64,000 bases of DNA from Schmidtea polychroa. Its lineage: Eukaryota. Position 1 is the first letter of the stretch. Each line of letters opens with the position of its first letter. The stretch covers positions 42,596,001 through 42,660,000 of the forward strand of contig CM097885.1 in the NCBI GenBank assembly GCA_044892525.1, in the 5' to 3' direction. Positions 53,962-64,000 of the stretch are shown here, piece after piece. Below the pieces are notes generated by a model. It was given only the letters and a program-made list of their open reading frames with translations, was not told the origin of the DNA and did not search any database. Position numbers and translations under genes: made by a program.

Positions 53962-55129
53962 TTTGAATTATCGAAAAGATAATTTTTCTTCAAAAAAACA
54001 ATTGAATTCCAACAATAAAAAACATATTTTTTTTTAAAACAACAAGGATTCCAATAACTCCACAATGTCACCAGGGATAAAAATTTAAATCGATTTAGTC
54101 AAAAATTCAGAAACTCCTAGAACAAGTAAAATAAATTCGGCACATATATACGCTCACAATTACAAACTCAACTACTCGCGTTGGAAAAAAGACAAATAAA
54201 ATGAGTGCGCACACAGACACGAGTAGTCAGAATTAACCAGAATCAATATTTTTAATTTAAAGTAAGTCAATTCATTAGAAATACAGAAAATTCAATTCAA
54301 TTTTCCTCGAATAATTTATTAGAATGGATTGCTATAAACAGTTTAAAATTCCAATATTTGATTTTGATCTTTTTGTAATAATTAAGTTTGAGTTGTTTCA
54401 GAAAATTATTTTATTAAAAAAGGAGTAAACAATTATTGACAAATGCAAATATTTATTTCAAGAAACCCAATTAGAACAACCCTAAACCTTCAATTAGATA
54501 ATCATTCTGAAAGGAAATTTGTTTTCATTTCGGTTAATATTGTTGCATCACAAAATATTTTCAATAACATAATTGTTATTTTTATCAAGTCATGATATGA
54601 CCTTTTAGAAATGTTATAGCCTTAAAGTGAAAAAAACAGATTTAGATTTTATGATGACAAGAAAGCGACTTATCGAGATGACAAATATTGCGTTCAACAA
54701 GTTTACAAGATACTTTCTATGAATGATACCAATAGATACGATTTCAACAAATAATGACTTCGGCAGTTATTGAATATTTCACTATAACTGTTGCGCAGTG
54801 TATTTAAAAATTCATCTAATAAAACAAATGTTTGCATTTCGATTTTCCGCATTTTTGCATCACAATTTTATATACATTAAATATTTCTTTGAAGAATAAA
54901 ATTGATAAAATATTTTCAAATTAAATTTTAACCGAGAAAAATAAACGAAGCAAGTTTCAAACTAATTCACTTCAATTAAAAATAAAAATTAAATCAAAAT
55001 TTTATTGATTTTATTTCTACGTTGTAATTAAAATATTGATTTTAATAGATTTGCACAATTTAAATATTAAGCATAATATTATAAATTATTATTTAGTAAT
55101 AATAAATATTAATAAATAATAACAATAAC

Positions 55130-55206
<77 letters not shown>

Positions 55207-55339
55207 TTGTATCAATCGTGCAAAAGTTAGAAAATCTACCAGGTACATGATATTGAAATCTAGAAGAAGTCTAAATATCATATATAAATCATATTTTGAA
55301 TATAGACAAAAAATTCATAATGTAAAAATTATATATAAG

Positions 55340-56165
55340 GTATTTAAAGTACTTATCAATAAAATGTAATGAGTCTCCTCAAGAAATTAGAAAATAAAAT
55401 ATATGGAAAGATACTAAACCTGACAGCGAGAAGATGGCCATTAGTCATATTTTATAACATGATTGATTAAAGTGTAATGGATGCATTCGTTCTATGGAAA
55501 GCAATTAATCCTAATTTCATTACAAAATATAAAAGGCGACGCAATTTCATTATTGAATTAGGGAAGTAATTAGTCAAATTTGGAGATGGGATGCAAAACC
55601 AACCTAAACCATCAACAAGTACTAGTATTTTGAAAATCCATCCAGCAAAGAAAAGATGTTCGATTTGTCATGTGAAAAGGATAGAAAGACAAAGACAACG
55701 AATGCAAAAAAATGTTTGTACTGAACATTCTATTGTATTATGTATTTCTTGCACAAAAAAGTAATTTCTCCTGTCTTATTTTCTCAATGATAAATGTTCA
55801 TTTACTTTTTATATTACAAAATGTTAATTCTTATATAATATTTGATTTTTTTCTTTATATTTTTACTTAATAAACAATTTTTGAAAGTTATTTATTATGC
55901 ATAATTTTTACATTGATTATAATACACGTTGTAACAGCAATTTAAAATAAGTCGGGTCCATTAGACCTGGGCGGTATTTTTTAGGAGCATTTTATTTTGG
56001 TAGAACGACTATTAAAATGTGTAAGTTGAAATCTAGGTCCTTATTATCTGAACAACTAAAGAAAATCAGAATAAAATTTTCGAAAAATGTCCAAATAACA
56101 GAAAGATTTTATCAGAACATGTTTTTCGGTCATGTGAAACGATTCAGGCGGTTGTTGGTATTATA
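55340..56165 (+). mobile_element. piggyBac transposase 3' remnant with subterminal repeats
   Basis: RRWPLVIFYNMID, RRNFIIELG and the Cys-rich tail RCSICH...RKTKT...VCTEH...CISC. Confidence 0.8.
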
Positions 56166-57241
56166 AGCATAATTCAAATGAATCAACATAAGAATCAAAG
56201 AAGTACAGGAAGCTAATAAAAAAGAAGTATATTCACTGAAACAAAATAAGTTCATTACCTAAATATAATAGAAAATGTTTAATAAGTGGCGAGAAAGAAT
56301 GTTATACTCTAAGATGAAGACTCCTCTACTGAAGACCTAAATCACTTATATTTGATGATTGAAATAATATACTCCTAAAACAGAGAAATGTTATATGCAT
56401 GCTTCCAGAGATGACCGATTAATATTTGAATAATATATGTATTGTACTTTCATTATTGTTTTCTGATAAAAACCATTGCTCATCATTTATGAAAAGTAAA
56501 ATTATCATTTATTATAAAGATCTTTGAGTAATTGTCACAAATATAAAGAATCAAGGAGAATCAACAATATGGATGTATTTTTGTATAATCTCGATGTCAA
56601 ATTGTGATTATCATTGCAATTTCCATTATAATTTGAAAGCCATCATCTAAAGAAGATTTCGAAATTCATACATAAATCGTATGATAAAAATTTAAAACAA
56701 CTTATAAAACAAGCATCTTAAACATATAAAAGCGTGGGGAATTTTCATCCAATTCTAGATTAAATATGAAAGAAAAAATTGGCAATCTTTCAATCACTAA
56801 TTTATTTTTCACTAAATCAACAAAAATTAAAAATACATTTTTTCCTTAACAATAATTTAAAATATATTTTATTGCATTTGAGAAAATAATTTTCAAAATT
56901 AATTAAAATACATTTCACTGATTGTTTTCAATATCTTCATCGCAAATAAACAAAATAATTTTTAAAAAGGTTATGAATTATTTAATTTGCTATAGATAAC
57001 TTTCCTATAGCTTTCTCTTTATTGTTATTCACATTGCGTGCTGTTTTTATCAGACATAAGTAGATGGATTGGTCACCGCTAGATCAGGTCACCGCTAGAT
57101 CACCTACCCCCCCACCCCCCCCCCCCCCCCCCGGCAGGAAAAATTTTTTTAAGATTTTTTTTTCAAGGTCAAATTTTTAACAAAGACAATGACTCATCAA
57201 GGTCATTGAAACAAAGAACTTTTTTTTTTGTTTTAATTATC

Positions 57242-60200
57242 GTGATCTAGCGGTGACCTACCTTTTGACTTCCCAGAACTTTTTGAGTTTTCAAAATTAT
57301 TTAAATATTTATACATCATTTTGAAGGCCAGACGAAAATCTATCTTTTAAGCCATAGAAATAATTTTTATCATTAGTGGTACAAAAGTTATTAATTTTTT
57401 AGTCAGACACTAATTTGGTTAAAATTATTATTATTTTTCAAAATATTATTATTTTCAAGGTCATATTATTATTAAGTGATCTAGCGGTGACCTACCTTTT
57501 GACTTCCCAGAACCTTTTGAGTTTTCAAAATTATTTAAATATTTATACATCATTTTGAAGGCCAGACGAAAATCTATCTTTTAAGCCATAGAAATAATTT
57601 TTATCATCAGTGGTACAAAAGTTATTAATTTTTTAGTCAGACACTAATTTGGTTAAAATTATTATTATTTTTCAAAAATATTATTAAGTGATCTAGCGGT
57701 GACCTACCTTTTGACTTCCCAGAACTTTTTCAATTTTCAAAATTATTTAAATATTTATACATCATTTTGAAGGCCAGACGAAAATCTATCTTTTAAGCCA
57801 TAGAAATAATTTTTATCATTAGTGGTACAAAAGTTATTAATTTTTTAGTCAGACACTAATTTGGTTAAAATTATTATTATTTTTCAAAATATTATTATTT
57901 TCAAGGTCATATTATTATTAAGTGATCTAGCGGTGACCTACCTTTTGACTTCCCAGAACCTTTTGAGTTTTCAAAATTATTTAAATATTTATACATCATT
58001 TTGAAGGCCAGACGAAAATCTATCTTTTAAGCCATAGAAATAATTTTTATCATTAGTGGTACAAAAGTTATTAATTTTTTAGTCAGACACTAATTTGGTT
58101 AAAATTATTATTATTTTTCAAAATATTATTATTTTCAAGGTCATATTATTATTAAGTGATCTAGCGGTGACCTACCTTTTGACTTCCCAGAACCTTTTGA
58201 GTTTTCAAAATTATTTAAATATTTATACATCATTTTGAAGGCCAGACGAAAATCTATCTTTTAAGCCATAGAAATAATTTTTATCATCAGTGGTACAAAA
58301 GTTATTAATTTTTTAGTCAGACACTAATTTGGTTAAAATTATTATTATTTTTCAAAAATATTATTAAGTGATCTAGCGGTGACCTACCTTTTGACTTCCC
58401 AGAACTTTTTCAATTTTCAAAATTATTTAAATATTTATACATCATTTTTAAGGCCAGACGAAAATCTATCTTTTAAGCCATAGAAATAATTTTTATCATT
58501 AGTGGTACAAAAGTTATTAATTTTTTAGTCAGACACTAATTTGGTTAAAATTATTATTATTTTTCAAAATATTATTATTTTCAAGGTCATATTATTATTA
58601 AGTGATCTAGCGGTGACCTACCTTTTGACTTCCCAGAACCTTTTGAGTTTTCAAAATTATTTAAATATTTATACATCATTTTGAAGGCCAGACGAAAATC
58701 TATCTTTTAAGCCATAGAAATAATTTTTATCATTAGTGGTACAAAAGTTATTAATTTTTTAGTCAGACACTAATTTGGTTAAAATTATTATTATTTTTCA
58801 AAATATTATTATTTTCAAGGTCATATTATTATTAAGTGATCTAGCGGTGACCTACCTTTTGACTTCCCAGAACCTTTTGAGTTTTCAAAATTATTTAAAT
58901 ATTTATACATCATTTTGAAGGCCAGACGAAAATCTATCTTTTAAGCCATAGAAATAATTTTTATCATCAGTGGTACAAAAGTTATTAATTTTTTAGTCAG
59001 ACACTAATTTGGTTAAAATTATTATTATTTTTCAAAAATATTATTAAGTGATCTAGCGGTGACCTACCTTTTGACTTCCCAGAACTTTTTCAATTTTCAA
59101 AATTATTTAAATATTTATACATCATTTTGAAGGCCAGACGAAAATCTATCTTTTAAGCCATAGAAATAATTTTTATCATTAGTGGTACAAAAGTTATTAA
59201 TTTTTTAGTCAGACACTAATTTGGTTAAAATTATTATTATTTTTCAAAATATTATTATTTTCAAGGTCATATTATTATTAAGTGATCTAGCGGTGACCTA
59301 CCTTTTGACTTCCCAGAACCTTTTGAGTTTTCAAAATTATTTAAATATTTATACATCATTTTGAAGGCCAGACGAAAATCTATCTTTTAAGCCATAGAAA
59401 TAATTTTTATCATCAGTGGTACAAAAGTTATTAATTTTTTAGTCAGACACTAATTTGGTTAAAATTATTATTATTTTTCAAAAATATTATTAAGTGATCT
59501 AGCGGTGACCTACCTTTTGACTTCCCAGAACTTTTTCAATTTTCAAAATTATTTAAATATTTATACATCATTTTGAAGGCCAGACGAAAATCTATCTTTT
59601 AAGCCATAGAAATAATTTTTATCATTAGTGGTACAAAAGTTATTAATTTTTTAGTCAGACACTAATTTGGTTAAAATTATTATTATTTTTCAAAATATTA
59701 TTATTTTCAAGGTCATATTATTATTAAGTGATCTAGCGGTGACCTACCTTTTGACTTCCCAGAACCTTTTGAGTTTTCAAAATTATTTAAATATTTATAC
59801 ATCATTTTGAAGGCCAGACGAAAATCTATCTTTTAAGCCATAGAAATAATTTTTATCATCAGTGGTACAAAAGTTATTAATTTTTTAGTCAGACACTAAT
59901 TTGGTTAAAATTATTATTATTTTTCAAAAATATTATTAAGTGATCTAGCGGTGACCTACCTTTTGACTTCCCAGAACTTTTTCAATTTTCAAAATTATTT
60001 AAATATTTATACATCATTTTGAAGGCCAGACGAAAATCTATCTTTTAAGCCATAGAAATAATTTTTATCATTAGTGGTACAAAAGTTATTAATTTTTTAG
60101 TCAGACACTAATTTGGTTAAAATTATTATTATTTTTCAAAATATTATTATTTTCAAGGTCATATTATTATTAAGTGATCTAGCGGTGACCTACCTTTTGA

Positions 60201-63200
60201 CTTCCCAGAACCTTTTGAGTTTTCAAAATTATTTAAATATTTATACATCATTTTGAAGGCCAGACGAAAATCTATCTTTTAAGCCATAGAAATAATTTTT
60301 ATCATTAGTGGTACAAAAGTTATTAATTTTTTAGTCAGACACTAATTTGGTTAAAATTATTATTATTTTTCAAAATATTATTATTTTCAAGGTCATATTA
60401 TTATTAAGTGATCTAGCGGTGACCTACCTTTTGACTTCCCAGAACCTTTTGAGTTTTCAAAATTATTTAAATATTTATACATCATTTTGAAGGCCAGACG
60501 AAAATCTATCTTTTAAGCCATAGAAATAATTTTTATCATCAGTGGTACAAAAGTTATTAATTTTTTAGTCAGACACTAATTTGGTTAAAATTATTATTAT
60601 TTTTCAAAAATATTATTAAGTGATCTAGCGGTGACCTACCTTTTGACTTCCCAGAACTTTTTCAATTTTCAAAATTATTTAAATATTTATACATCATTTT
60701 TAAGGCCAGACGAAAATCTATCTTTTAAGCCATAGAAATAATTTTTATCATTAGTGGTACAAAAGTTATTAATTTTTTAGTCAGACACTAATTTGGTTAA
60801 AATTATTATTATTTTTCAAAATATTATTATTTTCAAGGTCATATTATTATTAAGTGATCTAGCGGTGACCTACCTTTTGACTTCCCAGAACCTTTTGAGT
60901 TTTCAAAATTATTTAAATATTTATACATCATTTTGAAGGCCAGACGAAAATCTATCTTTTAAGCCATAGAAATAATTTTTATCATTAGTGGTACAAAAGT
61001 TATTAATTTTTTAGTCAGACACTAATTTGGTTAAAATTATTATTATTTTTCAAAATATTATTATTTTCAAGGTCATATTATTATTAAGTGATCTAGCGGT
61101 GACCTACCTTTTGACTTCCCAGAACCTTTTGAGTTTTCAAAATTATTTAAATATTTATACATCATTTTGAAGGCCAGACGAAAATCTATCTTTTAAGCCA
61201 TAGAAATAATTTTTATCATTAGTGGTACAAAAGTTATTAATTTTTTAGTCAGACACTAATTTGGTTAAAATTATTATTATTTTTCAAAATATTATTATTT
61301 TCAAGGTCATATTATTATTAAGTGATCTAGCGGTGACCTACCTTTTGACTTCCCAGAACCTTTTGAGTTTTCAAAATTATTTAAATATTTATACATCATT
61401 TTGAAGGCCAGACGAAAATCTATCTTTTAAGCCATAGAAATAATTTTTATCATCAGTGGTACAAAAGTTATTAATTTTTTAGTCAGACACTAATTTGGTT
61501 AAAATTATTATTATTTTTCAAAAATATTATTAAGTGATCTAGCGGTGACCTACCTTTTGACTTCCCAGAACTTTTTCAATTTTCAAAATTATTTAAATAT
61601 TTATACATCATTTTTAAGGCCAGACGAAAATCTATCTTTTAAGCCATAGAAATAATTTTTATCATTAGTGGTACAAAAGTTATTAATTTTTTAGTCAGAC
61701 ACTAATTTGGTTAAAATTATTATTATTTTTCAAAATATTATTATTTTCAAGGTCATATTATTATTAAGTGATCTAGCGGTGACCTACCTTTTGACTTCCC
61801 AGAACCTTTTGAGTTTTCAAAATTATTTAAATATTTATACATCATTTTGAAGGCCAGACGAAAATCTATCTTTTAAGCCATAGAAATAATTTTTATCATT
61901 AGTGGTACAAAAGTTATTAATTTTTTAGTCAGACACTAATTTGGTTAAAATTATTATTATTTTTCAAAATATTATTATTTTCAAGGTCATATTATTATTA
62001 AGTGATCTAGCGGTGACCTACCTTTTGACTTCCCAGAACCTTTTGAGTTTTCAAAATTATTTAAATATTTATACATCATTTTGAAGGCCAGACGAAAATC
62101 TATCTTTTAAGCCATAGAAATAATTTTTATCATCAGTGGTACAAAAGTTATTAATTTTTTAGTCAGACACTAATTTGGTTAAAATTATTATTATTTTTCA
62201 AAAATATTATTAAGTGATCTAGCGGTGACCTACCTTTTGACTTCCCAGAACTTTTTCAATTTTCAAAATTATTTAAATATTTATACATCATTTTGAAGGC
62301 CAGACGAAAATCTATCTTTTAAGCCATAGAAATAATTTTTATCATTAGTGGTACAAAAGTTATTAATTTTTTAGTCAGACACTAATTTGGTTAAAATTAT
62401 TATTATTTTTCAAAATATTATTATTTTCAAGGTCATATTATTATTAAGTGATCTAGCGGTGACCTACCTTTTGACTTCCCAGAACCTTTTGAGTTTTCAA
62501 AATTATTTAAATATTTATACATCATTTTGAAGGCCAGACGAAAATCTATCTTTTAAGCCATAGAAATAATTTTTATCATCAGTGGTACAAAAGTTATTAA
62601 TTTTTTAGTCAGACACTAATTTGGTTAAAATTATTATTATTTTTCAAAAATATTATTAAGTGATCTAGCGGTGACCTACCTTTTGACTTCCCAGAACTTT
62701 TTCAATTTTCAAAATTATTTAAATATTTATACATCATTTTGAAGGCCAGACGAAAATCTATCTTTTAAGCCATAGAAATAATTTTTATCATTAGTGGTAC
62801 AAAAGTTATTAATTTTTTAGTCAGACACTAATTTGGTTAAAATTATTATTATTTTTCAAAATATTATTATTTTCAAGGTCATATTATTATTAAGTGATCT
62901 AGCGGTGACCTACCTTTTGACTTCCCAGAACCTTTTGAGTTTTCAAAATTATTTAAATATTTATACATCATTTTGAAGGCCAGACGAAAATCTATCTTTT
63001 AAGCCATAGAAATAATTTTTATCATCAGTGGTACAAAAGTTATTAATTTTTTAGTCAGACACTAATTTGGTTAAAATTATTATTATTTTTCAAAAATATT
63101 ATTAAGTGATCTAGCGGTGACCTACCTTTTGACTTCCCAGAACTTTTTCAATTTTCAAAATTATTTAAATATTTATACATCATTTTGAAGGCCAGACGAA

Positions 63201-64000
63201 AATCTATCTTTTAAGCCATAGAAATAATTTTTATCATTAGTGGTACAAAAGTTATTAATTTTTTAGTCAGACACTAATTTGGTTAAAATTATTATTATTT
63301 TTCAAAATATTATTATTTTCAAGGTCATATTATTATTAAGTGATCTAGCGGTGACCTACCTTTTGACTTCCCAGAACCTTTTGAGTTTTCAAAATTATTT
63401 AAATATTTATACATCATTTTGAAGGCCAGACGAAAATCTATCTTTTAAGCCATAGAAATAATTTTTATCATTAGTGGTACAAAAGTTATTAATTTTTTAG
63501 TCAGACACTAATTTGGTTAAAATTATTATTATTTTTCAAAATATTATTATTTTCAAGGTCATATTATTATTAAGTGATCTAGCGGTGACCTACCTTTTGA
63601 CTTCCCAGAACCTTTTGAGTTTTCAAAATTATTTAAATATTTATACATCATTTTGAAGGCCAGACGAAAATCTATCTTTTAAGCCATAGAAATAATTTTT
63701 ATCATCAGTGGTACAAAAGTTATTAATTTTTTAGTCAGACACTAATTTGGTTAAAATTATTATTATTTTTCAAAAATATTATTAAGTGATCTAGCGGTGA
63801 CCTACCTTTTGACTTCCCAGAACTTTTTCAATTTTCAAAATTATTTAAATATTTATACATCATTTTTAAGGCCAGACGAAAATCTATCTTTTAAGCCATA
63901 GAAATAATTTTTATCATTAGTGGTACAAAAGTTATTAATTTTTTAGTCAGACACTAATTTGGTTAAAATTATTATTATTTTTCAAAATATTATTATTTTC
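57242..64000. repeat. Homogeneous satellite array, ~30 monomers of 234 and 212 bp with higher-order structure; runs off the window
   Basis: The anchor GTGATCTAGCGGTGACCTACC recurs at 57242, 57476, 57688, 57922, 58156, 58368 ... 63786, with spacings of only 234 or 212. Confidence 0.98.

Noticed and set aside
57242..64000. Regular repeats superficially like a CRISPR array
   Set aside because: The intervening sequences are identical rather than unique spacers, there are no cas genes, and the context is eukaryotic.

Overview
Very AT-rich eukaryotic DNA with short (41-44 nt) GT-AG introns and (AAT)n microsatellites. This is consistent with a planarian-type animal genome, but the host is only inferred. 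The window is dominated by mobile elements. The centrepiece is a 12.9-kb Polinton/Maverick (adintovirus-like) provirus at 32068-44978, with AGTAG...CTACT termini, ~730/850-bp TIRs and a 6-bp TSD (TTTACC). It encodes pPolB, an adenain-like protease, major and minor capsid proteins, pVI-like and pX-like core proteins, an RVE integrase and a packaging ATPase; several of these are damaged. On the opposite strand it carries an intact accessory block: a TATA-binding-protein (TBP)-like gene, a spliced Cys-rich gene, a putative OB-fold ssDNA-binding gene and a spliced acidic gene. A second, diverged and rearranged Polinton (~46.2-51.5 kb) retains the TBP-like gene, the same intron and identical promoter spacing, so the module is a lineage feature. 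The integrase contains a 78-nt intron made almost entirely of (ATT)n. Other content: Polinton-like termini with an inverted TSD (1-8.2 kb), hAT, piggyBac, pogo, Penelope and Gypsy elements, the last exon of a CLN6 homologue, an actin pseudogene, and a ~6.8-kb 234/212-bp higher-order satellite that begins behind another AGTAG terminus.
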